Shown: positions 10,085 to 19,636, counted from the first letter of the stretch. The stretch is 32,000 nucleotides of DNA from Promethearchaeum syntrophicum (GCF_008000775.2 NZ_CP042905.2:840001-872000); one strand, 5' to 3'. Made by a program: numbers and translations. The notes: generated from the letters alone by a model not told the origin.

Positions 10085-11953
10085 TCACCTTTCTTCTTTT
10101 AAAAATTCAACATTTTCTGGAAATTCTAATATGAAAGTTGTTCCGCTTGTCTTTTTCTCATCATTTTTAGAATTTATAGCAGGACTCTTACAAAGAATCC
10201 TCCCGTAGTGATTTAGCATAATCGTATGAACTATTGACAGACTCAATCCTATATGATATTTTTTCAGTTCATTATTATATATCGTATATGGATCCCAGTT
10301 TGAATAAAATGGATCGAAAATTTTATCTAATTCATCTGCTTCAATCCCAATTCCATTGTCACTTATTGAGATTACTATATAATTTTTTTGTTGATATAAT
10401 ATATTTTCTAAAGTAATTTGAATTAATCCTTTAATTCCTTCTTTCAATTTTATTGATAAGTATGCATTTTCAATGATATTGTTTAATATATATTTTAATT
10501 GTGAGAAATTTCCATAAATCTTTGCCCGATTAATATTTTTTGTAAATTTAATTTTAACTTCTTTATATTTTTTTTGAGTTTTTATGTCATTTATTGTCTG
10601 TGCAACTACCTCAACTAAATCAGTGTTTTTTCTGAAATGTTTTTCCCTCGTAATTTCTGAAAAAAGTCTTAAATCTTTTAATACTGTCTTTATTCTTCTT
10701 CCTTCTAGTACAATATCATTTATTTGTGTCTTAATTGCAGATTTTGCATCAGTGAATTCTTTTTCTTCTTTATTTTGTTTAATATTAAAAATATCTTCAC
10801 AATCATCAACTAAGACTGATAGGGCTGAAATAATTGACATTAAAGGATTGTTAATCTGATGAGATAATAATGTTGAAATTTGCCCTATAATTGCGAATTT
10901 TTGAGCTACTTTTAGATCTTCCTGAAAATTCTTAATTTTTTCTTTAGAAGATAAAATTTCTTCATCTTTATTTCTTAATGCTAAATGGTATTCATAAATT
11001 TTTTTCTGAAGATGCTCTTCTTCAGATATGTCCTTCCCTGTTATTAAAATTGAATCGATTTTTCCATTATCGTTTATTACTGGAACTAACGACAAATTAA
11101 TTGTTCTAGAATTTGGTATTTCATTAGTTTTTCTTTCAGATTTTGTTTGGAATAGAAAGTTGTTTTCTAAAATAATTTCCTTATTTCTTACTTCAGTTAA
11201 TAGTTCGTAGAAGTTTTCCTCATTTCTTCCTGGAACTAGTGGTAATTTTTTGTTTTTTATTTCACTAAATTTAAATTTGGTTGAGTTTTCTGCAGCTTTA
11301 TTCCAAAATATTACTTTTCCAGTTAAATCAGCGTCAATTATTATATCTGGACTTGAATTTAGAAGTAAATTTAAAAAATTATTCGTTTTATTATCTTTTG
11401 TTTCTAGATGAGTTATATCTTTGTACAGTCGAGCTTGTAATATGGCAATACTAACTATTGGTTTTATTTCTTCAAGTAAAGCAATTTCTTTCTCTGAAAT
11501 TTTCTCAGTTCTTTTTAAAAAATAAAAGCAAAGAGAACCTACCATTTGGTCCTCTTTAATATAAAGGGGTATTCCAAAAGCATAATTAAATCCTAAAGGT
11601 TTCAAAATTTTAGAAGCATCCATATTTTTGGAATAATTGGATAGAGCGATATACTTCTTATTTCTTTCACGGTAAAGTCTATTATCTAAACCTTGTTCAT
11701 CTGGTTTTAATAAGGACCCCTTAATTGACATTTCTTCTGAAATATTATATGTCGTATTATAAAAACCAATTTCTGGACCCCAAAGAACTATTGTGGCAGC
11801 TTCTGCATGCAAGTAATGAGCACAAGCTTCTAATGTTTTTTCGAGAATTAAATCGGGTTCGGATGTTTCCAGCAGTTTTGATAATATTTGTTGTCTTTTT
11901 TTTATAGAATTATGAAAAAAATCTATTTCTATATTTTGCTTGGAATTATCCAT
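10085..11953 (-). CDS. Soluble sensor histidine kinase (GAF - PAS - HisKA - HATPase_c)
   Basis: H-box LLSHQINNPLMSI, N-box NIIENAYLSI, G-boxes DNGIGIEADELDKIFDPFYS and GLSLSIVHTIM; no TM segments; 7 bp from the response regulator on the same strand. Confidence 0.93.
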   Translation of the reverse strand: MDNSKQNIEIDFFHNSIKKRQQILSKLLETSEPDLILEKTLEACAHYLHAEAATIVLWGPEIGFYNTTYNISEEMSIKGSLLKPDEQGLDNRLYRERNKKYIALSNYSKNMDASKILKPLGFNYAFGIPLYIKEDQMVGSLCFYFLKRTEKISEKEIALLEEIKPIVSIAILQARLYKDITHLETKDNKTNNFLNLLLNSSPDIIIDADLTGKVIFWNKAAENSTKFKFSEIKNKKLPLVPGRNEENFYELLTEVRNKEIILENNFLFQTKSERKTNEIPNSRTINLSLVPVINDNGKIDSILITGKDISEEEHLQKKIYEYHLALRNKDEEILSSKEKIKNFQEDLKVAQKFAIIGQISTLLSHQINNPLMSIISALSVLVDDCEDIFNIKQNKEEKEFTDAKSAIKTQINDIVLEGRRIKTVLKDLRLFSEITREKHFRKNTDLVEVVAQTINDIKTQKKYKEVKIKFTKNINRAKIYGNFSQLKYILNNIIENAYLSIKLKEGIKGLIQITLENILYQQKNYIVISISDNGIGIEADELDKIFDPFYSNWDPYTIYNNELKKYHIGLSLSIVHTIMLNHYGRILCKSPAINSKNDEKKTSGTTFILEFPENVEFLKEER

Positions 11954-12028
11954 TAAGATTTAACCTCGAATTTATTTCTATTTATCAATTTATTTATCAA
12001 TTTATTTATATTTATATATAAGAAATAT

Positions 12029-12532
12029 ATGGGTATTACAATGAATCGTTTGAAAAATGCTATGGATATTGGAATTGTTTGTATCGATAATACAAAATTA
12101 AGCCCAGTTGCAGCAGTGTTATTTAGATCTTACGCGCTTCAATCGAATATCCCTAAAGTTAGAGATATTCAATTCTATGATGCCGGATATAAACGCGGTG
12201 GAGAAGTTGCTAATTCTGCTAAAGGTTTTCTTCAAACACAGGGATTTGGAACAACCTATATGTTAGAATCTAGAAGAATTGATAAACAATGGATAAAATC
12301 AAAAGATATTATTTTAACAATGGATAAATTCATTAAAAGAGATATTATCTATGATTATCCGCTAGTCCATCAAGATTTAAAAGAAAAAGTATTCACTTTA
12401 ACTGAAATCGCTGGAATTCAAGAAAAAATTAGGGATCCTGGAGAAAATTACGAAGAGGATCTTGATTCGGTGTTTTTATTAATCGATAAATGCTGTAAAA
12501 AAATAATAAAAAAATTAGAACAAGCAAACTGA
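12029..12532 (+). CDS. Low-molecular-weight protein tyrosine phosphatase-like protein with degenerate P-loop
   Basis: IGIVCIDNTKLSPVAAVLFRSYA aligns with VCxGNxCRSPxAE; DPGENYEEDLDSVFLLIDKC aligns with the DPxxx general-acid segment. Confidence 0.7.
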   Translation: MGITMNRLKNAMDIGIVCIDNTKLSPVAAVLFRSYALQSNIPKVRDIQFYDAGYKRGGEVANSAKGFLQTQGFGTTYMLESRRIDKQWIKSKDIILTMDKFIKRDIIYDYPLVHQDLKEKVFTLTEIAGIQEKIRDPGENYEEDLDSVFLLIDKCCKKIIKKLEQAN

Positions 12533-12554
12533 TACCATCAAAAAAACGAAGAAA

Positions 12555-13427
12555 ATGAAGAAATTGAAACTATGGGATTACCACGTGCATACTCAACTCT
12601 GCAATCATGCCAGAGGAAATGTAGAAGATTACGTGAAACAGGCAATTAAAATTGACTTAGGGGAAATTGGCGTAAGTGACCATTTTCCAATGCTTTTATT
12701 GCCCGAAGAGTCGCATGACTTTGCTATGGGTATAAATGAATTTCCAGAATATTTAGACGAATGTAAACGCGCTAAAAATAAATATAAAGATGAAATTACT
12801 GTGAAAATTGCTTCAGAAGTCGATTTTTCTCCCTCGTCATTTTCAGGATACAGAAAGCTTGTGTCCCCATATTTAGAAACTTTGGATTACATTATCGGGT
12901 CAATACATATAATTAAAATTCCTGAAACGGAAACATTTGCTATTGATGGACCAATTGCAAATGAGAAATTCAACCTTTTTGGAGAAGATAGAATTTTTAT
13001 TGCTTATTACAATGACCTTATTCGAATGGTTAAGAATGGATCGGATTTTTATAATATTGTAGGACATTTGGATTTACCAAAAAAATATGGGAATTTTTTA
13101 GGAGAATCGGAAAAAATTTGGAAAAAAATAGATGTCTTACTTGATTTAATCAAAGTTAAAGAATTAGTAGTTGAAATTAATCATTCCGGTTATTATAAAC
13201 CTGTTGGAATCCAATATCCAGATGATAAAATAATACGAGAGTTAGTCAAAAGAGAAATTCCAATAGTTTTAGGATCTGATTCACACTATCCGAAATATCT
13301 TGCCTTTAATTTTGAAAAAACACTTTCCAAATTAAAAAGAATGCAATTTGAAGAGAAAACTCAAGTTAATTTGTGTAAATTCTCAAAGAGAGAAAAAACT
13401 CTTATTAAATTGGACTCAGTTATCTGA
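12555..13427 (+). CDS. PHP-domain phosphoesterase (histidinol-phosphatase-like)
   Basis: WDYHVHTQLCNHARG, IGVSDHFP, EVDF, YNIVGHLDLPKKYG, GSDSHYPKY. Confidence 0.88.
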   Translation: MKKLKLWDYHVHTQLCNHARGNVEDYVKQAIKIDLGEIGVSDHFPMLLLPEESHDFAMGINEFPEYLDECKRAKNKYKDEITVKIASEVDFSPSSFSGYRKLVSPYLETLDYIIGSIHIIKIPETETFAIDGPIANEKFNLFGEDRIFIAYYNDLIRMVKNGSDFYNIVGHLDLPKKYGNFLGESEKIWKKIDVLLDLIKVKELVVEINHSGYYKPVGIQYPDDKIIRELVKREIPIVLGSDSHYPKYLAFNFEKTLSKLKRMQFEEKTQVNLCKFSKREKTLIKLDSVI

Positions 13428-15188
13428 TTTTATTAGGTTTTTTTTAAATTCATTAAAATCCGACTCATTAAAGGACATCTTAAAATAATTTTTAAGATTT
13501 TCTTGATAATAGCATTTCAATTCTTTAAAAGTGCATTTTTCTAGTAATTTCACATAATTCAGACGCATTAAAACTTCTTTTTTATAGGGTCTTTTTGCAT
13601 TAATGAACACTATAGAGCTGAAAAATTCTTTAACTTCTGGAAAATTTAAAACTACCCAAGTAAAGAAGCATTCCATCAAATTTTCAAAGAAAAGATAGTA
13701 ACTCGTATCATCTAGTATCACTGTTTTATCATTTTGAGGTTTAATTAAACAGAAATTAAGTTTTTTGTAGAAACCTGAAACACCAATTTTATATGGTTTA
13801 AAAGTATATTCTCCAATTCCAAATATAGAAAAAAGAGGTTTCTCATGGTAAACTTTTGATTTTCTTGCGTTAAATTTATCCAAATTTTTATTTAAATAAT
13901 TCCATAGTTTTGGAGCCTTTTCTTCCAATAATTTGGTATCTTGCCCGAGCTTGTGTTGTGTAATTATTATTTTATAACGACTTTTTTTAGCAATTTTGAC
14001 TTGTAAATCCGAGGATTTTAGAAATGGATAGAGAAATTTTTTTTCTAGTTCAACTTCTTCATCATTTCCATTAAGTAAAAATCCTTTCTGATCATAATGT
14101 AAAACCATTACTTTAGACAAATCATGTTTAACACCATGTCTCCATATTTTGGGAGATTTTCCTTCCAACCATTTGTAATTCATGTAATTATCAATATTCG
14201 AAACAAATTTATTATCAACCCACCCAAAGGTACTGCATTTTGAATTATCTATATTTTCATTAAATGGTTGTTTTTTGCATATATATTCTGACGATTCACC
14301 AAAATGTGCAAAAAAAAGGGACCCATGAGCATTAATGTGAAAAATCTTTTGAAAATTCGTTCCTAATGCATAAATTTCAGACAAATTAATGGAAGATCTA
14401 CGATGTTCTTTCAATATTTTTTGTATTACCGTATCCTTCAATAAAAATGCGATTTTCCCACTCAATCCGCTTTTCATCAGATTTTGAAGTAAATTTATCA
14501 TTATATATTCAGCAATATCAAAATTACTTTTCCCGGTTAATGCATCTAATCCTTTTAATCCCATAAAATTTGATTTCTTAGGTGCATTTGAAGAATCTAA
14601 TTTAGATAATTCTGTATTTGTAATCCAAGGGGGATTACCAATAATTAAAAGTTCCTTTTTTGAATTCTTCTCTATTTTCTTAAAGATATCTAAATATTCA
14701 GAAGAGAAGATGTTAAATCGGTAGAAATTAATTTCAGCTTGAAAATTTAATTCAGACTTCAATTTAATTATATTTAATTTAAAAATCCATTCATATTTCG
14801 GCTGTATATCAACGCAATATATTATTTTTAATTTAGAAAAAGTTCTCAAAGCAGATATGATAAAATTTCCTTCTCCACAAGTTGGTTCCATTAAAATTTC
14901 TGGATTACAATCCTTTTTTTGTAAATACAAACAAATTTTAAGTGAAAAATCTAGTGGAGTTTGAAAGTCTCCAAGATCTTGATTTGAACATATTTCTTTT
15001 TTTTTATTATTTAGTAAATCTAAGAGAAAAACTCGGAATTCATTCAGATCTTTTTCAGATCGAAAAAAATTGTTTATGTTAGTCTTCTTTTTTAGTTCCT
15101 TGTTTATATCTTCAAGAGTTTTCTTATATTTTAAAAAATTATCAACCATATTCAAATTTTCATTGAGAAAATAAACTGAAAAAGGCAT
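13416..15188 (-). CDS. N6-adenine type DNA methyltransferase (no adjacent restriction gene)
   Basis: SAM motif MEPTCGEGNFIISAL, catalytic motif NPPW, C-terminal putative target-recognition region. Confidence 0.85.
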   Translation of the reverse strand: MPFSVYFLNENLNMVDNFLKYKKTLEDINKELKKKTNINNFFRSEKDLNEFRVFLLDLLNNKKKEICSNQDLGDFQTPLDFSLKICLYLQKKDCNPEILMEPTCGEGNFIISALRTFSKLKIIYCVDIQPKYEWIFKLNIIKLKSELNFQAEINFYRFNIFSSEYLDIFKKIEKNSKKELLIIGNPPWITNTELSKLDSSNAPKKSNFMGLKGLDALTGKSNFDIAEYIMINLLQNLMKSGLSGKIAFLLKDTVIQKILKEHRRSSINLSEIYALGTNFQKIFHINAHGSLFFAHFGESSEYICKKQPFNENIDNSKCSTFGWVDNKFVSNIDNYMNYKWLEGKSPKIWRHGVKHDLSKVMVLHYDQKGFLLNGNDEEVELEKKFLYPFLKSSDLQVKIAKKSRYKIIITQHKLGQDTKLLEEKAPKLWNYLNKNLDKFNARKSKVYHEKPLFSIFGIGEYTFKPYKIGVSGFYKKLNFCLIKPQNDKTVILDDTSYYLFFENLMECFFTWVVLNFPEVKEFFSSIVFINAKRPYKKEVLMRLNYVKLLEKCTFKELKCYYQENLKNYFKMSFNESDFNEFKKNLIKSDN

Positions 15189-15249
15189 CTTATTAAACTA
15201 TAAGTTAGGATTTAATTAATTTAATTAATAATTTTGCCTTAGAAAAAAT

Positions 15250-15981
15250 ATGTTTCGGATTCCCGAAAGGAAACATAGTAACAAGATTATAGAGAATTTA
15301 CTCTATTTTTCTGAGCTACAAATGTTAGATTGCAATATGTATATCCTAAAAGATGACGTTGGAGGATTAACTCTAATTGATTTGGGAAATGGATTATCAA
15401 TGAAACCTTTTATCGCATCTCTTGAGCAACTTGGTTTAAATCCCAAAAACATATCAAAAATACTTATCACGCATGAGCATCTTGATCATATAATGGGGAT
15501 TTACCCAATAATGGAATTATTAAAAAATAATCCTCCCGAAATTTTCGCTCATCCATATACTGCAGAATTATTGGAAGAAGGTGATGAAAAAAAAGTTGTT
15601 CCTCCGATGTTTGGAGCATCTCCAAAAACTTTTGGATTAACTATTGTTCCTATTAAAAATGTAACCCGGATTAATGAAAATGATGAAATTAAAATAGGAA
15701 CATTTAATTTAAGGGTCATCTATACTCCAGGTCATAGTAAAGGGTCAATCTCTTTTTATGAACTGAATAATAAAATATTATTTCCTGGTGATGTAGTTTT
15801 TCCTCATGGTTCTTTTGGACGTTATGATTTTCCAGGATGTTCCTTGAAGGATCTAAAAAATTCTATTAATAGATTGGCTGATTTAGATACAAATATGCTA
15901 TGTTCTGGTCATATGCCCCCGGTTGAAAAGGATGCCAAATCTCAAATCGCGAATTCTAAAAAAAATATAAATTGGATGTAG
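15250..15981 (+). CDS. Metallo-beta-lactamase-fold hydrolase (glyoxalase II-like)
   Basis: LIDLGNG, THEHLDHIMG (HxHxDH), VIYTPGHSKGSISFY, FPGDVVF, CSGHMPP. Confidence 0.92.
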   Translation: MFRIPERKHSNKIIENLLYFSELQMLDCNMYILKDDVGGLTLIDLGNGLSMKPFIASLEQLGLNPKNISKILITHEHLDHIMGIYPIMELLKNNPPEIFAHPYTAELLEEGDEKKVVPPMFGASPKTFGLTIVPIKNVTRINENDEIKIGTFNLRVIYTPGHSKGSISFYELNNKILFPGDVVFPHGSFGRYDFPGCSLKDLKNSINRLADLDTNMLCSGHMPPVEKDAKSQIANSKKNINWM

Positions 15982-16120
15982 AATCAAATGCCGAAATTTT
16001 TATTTACTAATAAGATCAATAAAACATTGGAATAAAAAAAAAAAAATAAGGTAGAAAAATCTTGGAAAGTGCAAAAATGGATAGGGGTGTATAGTTCTGG
16101 CGATTTTGGAAAGTGCAATA

Positions 16121-16567
16121 ATGTTTAAAGGTACAAATTTAATAGAAAAGCAATTTTATTCTACAGATGACGTTTTAGATAAAAACATTCGAAATAGCCT
16201 TTTGCAAGCAATATCTGGTCTAGCAGCTAATGCTTTCAACGATGAAATCAGAAGTTTCACATTGGGGGATTTTTCCATTATTTTAATGACTCAAGTATTA
16301 TCTGATCCTAATCAAATTAATAATCCATCATACACTCCTTCTTTTCAGGACACTCTTTTGATGTTTTGCATCTGCGAAAAGAATACAGATGAGAGCGCAA
16401 TTCAAAAAGGAATGGCTGATGCCCTTTTTCAATTTCAAAACAGGTATTCTCTTAATGATATCTACGCGAAGAAAAAAAAGAAGTTTAGTAATTTTACAAA
16501 ACGACTAGATAATATTTTCAAAGATCTCATCTTGAAATCTGAAGATCGGTTTAAACTGTTGTTTTAA
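16121..16567 (+). CDS. Longin-like domain small protein (paralog A)
   Basis: ATG at 16121 (track starts at upstream TTG 16106); MFKGTNLIEKQFYST...IRSFTLGDFSIILMTQ...MFCICEKNTDESAIQKGMADALFQFQNRYS...LDNIFKDLILKSEDRFKLLF; resembles ORF 17963-18421. Confidence 0.6.
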   Translation: MFKGTNLIEKQFYSTDDVLDKNIRNSLLQAISGLAANAFNDEIRSFTLGDFSIILMTQVLSDPNQINNPSYTPSFQDTLLMFCICEKNTDESAIQKGMADALFQFQNRYSLNDIYAKKKKKFSNFTKRLDNIFKDLILKSEDRFKLLF

Positions 16568-16689
16568 TTGCAATTTCACACATAAATGAACAAGAAAAGT
16601 AACTTCACGGTAAGATTTTTCCATTTTTATTTTTTACGAAGAATCTTCTGATATTTTTTATATAGAAATTGAGAGAATCTAATTTAGAG

Positions 16690-17926
16690 GTGTTTAAAAA
16701 TTAGTTCCAATCTTAGTGCTGAAGCAAAATTAGCCTATCAAGCCTACCTAGATGCAAATGGCATTGATGAAAGGATTGAAAAACTACAAATTTTTCTAAG
16801 ACTTGTTCCAAAACATAAAGCTACTGAAAAAATTGTTGCTTTAAACAAAACTAAACTTTCTAAGCTGAAAGATGAAAAAGAAAAGAAAATAAGACAAGTA
16901 AAAACCATTGCTTCTGCCATAGATGATCCTTTTACATTTAAACATGAACCCGAAACAATACAATTAGTCATGATCAGTGATTTTTTTGAACATTTTGGGG
17001 TGGGAAAAACAACTTTACTTCAAAATTTAAGTGGAGGATTAAAACATGCTAAACCCGGTGTGTTCACAGCAGAACCGCTCTTAGGTATATATACTTGGAA
17101 CCACATCAAATTTCAATTGGTTGAAGAACCCGCTTTGCATGATTCTCAATTTTTAAATCGGATAATGGTTGGAGTAAGACGTGCAGATATCTTAGCACTA
17201 GTTATTGATTTATCAAGAGATCCAATAAAGCAAATTGATAATATTCTTTCAATTTTGGATAATTATCATATTTATCTGAATAGGAATCCCCCGCAAATAA
17301 AAATAGAACGAACTGGATCAGGAGGGATTCAGATTTTCTTCCTCTCAGCTGAAGCAAAAGAGTGTGAACATTTAAGTGATTTTATCAAAGATATGGTTAA
17401 AGCTTGGGGAACTATAAATGCTTCGGTTAAAATTTATGAAAAAGTCTCTATTGAAGAAATTGAAATTGCATTCTCACGAAATGCCTCTTTTAAAAAAGCA
17501 TGCATAATCGCAACTAAAGCAGATCTACCAAATACCAAAGAAATATACAAAAAATTAATATCTTTCTTGAAGAAATCAAATAAATTAAAAATTTCATCTT
17601 ATCCTGTAGCCATTACTTATAATGAAAATGGTGAAGAAATTAGAAAAGGCTTAGATAATTTTGCTCTTGATATTCTAAATAAATTAAATCTTATTCGGAT
17701 TTTCACAAAATCCAAGAAGGGAGTTGCAGAAAAACCCTTGATTTTATCACAAGATTGTACTGTGGGAGATGTAGCTAAAGACATTCATAAAGATCTATTT
17801 GATACATTCAAATTTGCATACATTTATAGAGAAGTAGAAGGAGAAATTACAAAAAGACGAATTCGCGCTGGAATTAATTTCAAAGTTAATAATTTTGACG
17901 TAATTGAAATTTTTTCACGAGTTTAA
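16690..17926 (+). CDS. Diverged DRG/OBG-family GTPase-like protein with C-terminal TGS domain; 5' end apparently frameshifted
   Basis: Open frame extends upstream of the track ORF (16970) to 16688: EAKLAYQAYLDANGIDERIEKLQIFLRLVPKHKATEKIVALNKTKLSKLKDEKEKK matches the DRG N-terminal KATExHxGxLKAKLAKL segment; GVGKTT; VRRADILALVIDLS; ATKADL; TGS-like LSQDCTVGDVAKDIHKDLFDTFKFAYIYRE..GEITKRRIRAGINFKVNNFDVIEIF. Confidence 0.75.
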
Positions 17927-17962
17927 TTTTCAGATTCTTAGGAAGAAAAACATAGAAAAAAC

Positions 17963-18421
17963 TTAGATAAATACATTTCGAAATCGATCTTCTTTTTTAT
18001 AAATTAAATCTCCTAATATTTTATCTACTCTTTCATTAAAAATTGTAAATTTCGACCTATTGTGATTGATAATATCATATGAAGTAAAACGGCTCGTAAA
18101 ACTAGAAAGAGTATTCTTCATAGCTTTTCTTAACCAATCAATATCCGTATTCTTATTTACAATACAATAAATATGAATATAAGATTTTTTTTCTGATTTC
18201 TCTGTAAATGGAATATTTTGAGTGAGTAAAACAATTGTATATGTTCCAAGTGTGAATTTTTGAATATCATCTTCCAAATTTTCTGCCAGAATTTCTATTC
18301 CGTGAATTAATCCCTCTTTATATTTATCATCATTAATTATACTGGAATTATAATATCTTCTAGATAATAATACTTCCGATTGATGTGAAATAATAACTTC
18401 TAATATTGCCATTTTAATCAC
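17963..18421 (-). CDS. Longin-like domain small protein (paralog B)
   Basis: MAILEVIISHQSEVLLSRRYYN...IQKFTLGTYTIVLLTQN...IHIYCIVNKNTDIDWLRKAMKNTLSSFTSRF...ERVDKILGDLIYKKEDRFRNVFI; shares FTLGxxxIxLxTQ and K-EDRF C-terminus with paralog A. Confidence 0.6.
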   Translation of the reverse strand: MIKMAILEVIISHQSEVLLSRRYYNSSIINDDKYKEGLIHGIEILAENLEDDIQKFTLGTYTIVLLTQNIPFTEKSEKKSYIHIYCIVNKNTDIDWLRKAMKNTLSSFTSRFTSYDIINHNRSKFTIFNERVDKILGDLIYKKEDRFRNVFI

Positions 18422-18661
18422 TCCTTAACCTTGACATTAATAATTTTTGCTGCAATTTGAACTCACACTTTTTTAGTAATATTTTGATTTAAAATAAATT
18501 TGTATTCGTTTACAATGTATTAGAATGAATCATAGCAAAAGACAAAATCGAATAGAATTTAATTTTAGTGGGTTATACACCATTATTCCAATCAAATATT
18601 TCACCTAAATGAGGCAACATTTTCCGAAAATTCATATTACGGGATTCTTTTCCACATTCAT

Positions 18662-19636
18662 ATGAATGGTATACTTAGCGCTTTCTTAATGATCATCACC
18701 TTTTCCCTCTCTTTTATTCTCATCCGGAAAATCGAGCTTACCTATACTACCGTTTATATCAATTTGATACGAGCTATTATTGGTTTCAGCTGTTTTACAA
18801 TATATAACTTGATTTCGGGACGGTTTCACCAAATATTTGATCTAAATCTTCAGATATGGGTAATTTTGGGCGCTAGCATTATTTTTTCGGTCGTTTTAGG
18901 GGATACAGCTTATTTTAAATGTCAAAAACTTATTGGTCCCACCAATGCAGCCACTTTTGCAATCACTTCACCGATTTTTACTATGATCCTCGCTATTCTC
19001 ATTCTTAGAGACTCGTTTCAATGGATATTACTTTTCTCGTCAATCATCACGGGCACGGGAGTATATTTGTTAATACATCTACAGGAAAAATCAGCCACAG
19101 ATCACCATTCAATGGTAGCCCAACTTAAGAAAAAGGCGGATTTAAATAAGAAGACCCTACTTTTGGGTACTTTATTCGGTATCCTGGCTTCACTTGCATG
19201 GTCCTTTGCCACTATCTTTACTGAAATGGGAATGGAGCGGAGTGAAGAAATTTTGCATATTGGATCCGATATTACCATGGTAACTAATATTATTCGCTAT
19301 TTTGTCGCCACTACATGTATGGGAGGGTGGTGGACGTTTTATCGTTCAAAAAAGAAAAAACACAGACAATACAACCAAAATTCAGGTTCCACATGGCGAT
19401 CCGTTCTTATTTTGCTTCTTTCTGCAATTTTAGGCACTTTTTTGGGTGAAATTTTCTTTGGCATCGCCATAGTACAAACAGGTTCTACATTTATTGCTAT
19501 CATGGGATCCACTTTACCTGTGTTTACAATCCCTTTAAATTACCTAATAAACAAAGAAAAGGTAGATCTCAAAAGTCTTCCGGGGATATTGGTTACCATT
19601 GTGGGAGTTATTGTATTGATTATTGTCTCGGCGTAA
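18662..19636 (+). CDS. EamA/DMT-family transporter
   Basis: Ten hydrophobic segments in two repeats; VVLGDTAYFKCQKLIGPTNAATFAITSPIFTMILAILILRD. Confidence 0.88.
   Translation: MNGILSAFLMIITFSLSFILIRKIELTYTTVYINLIRAIIGFSCFTIYNLISGRFHQIFDLNLQIWVILGASIIFSVVLGDTAYFKCQKLIGPTNAATFAITSPIFTMILAILILRDSFQWILLFSSIITGTGVYLLIHLQEKSATDHHSMVAQLKKKADLNKKTLLLGTLFGILASLAWSFATIFTEMGMERSEEILHIGSDITMVTNIIRYFVATTCMGGWWTFYRSKKKKHRQYNQNSGSTWRSVLILLLSAILGTFLGEIFFGIAIVQTGSTFIAIMGSTLPVFTIPLNYLINKEKVDLKSLPGILVTIVGVIVLIIVSA

Noticed and set aside
10234-11907. Several plus-strand ORFs (60-91 aa) opposite the histidine kinase
   Set aside because: Shadow ORFs of a well-supported kinase frame.
16035-16047. Long poly-A run upstream of the longin-like gene
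   Set aside because: Expected in AT-rich intergenic DNA; no further structure around it.
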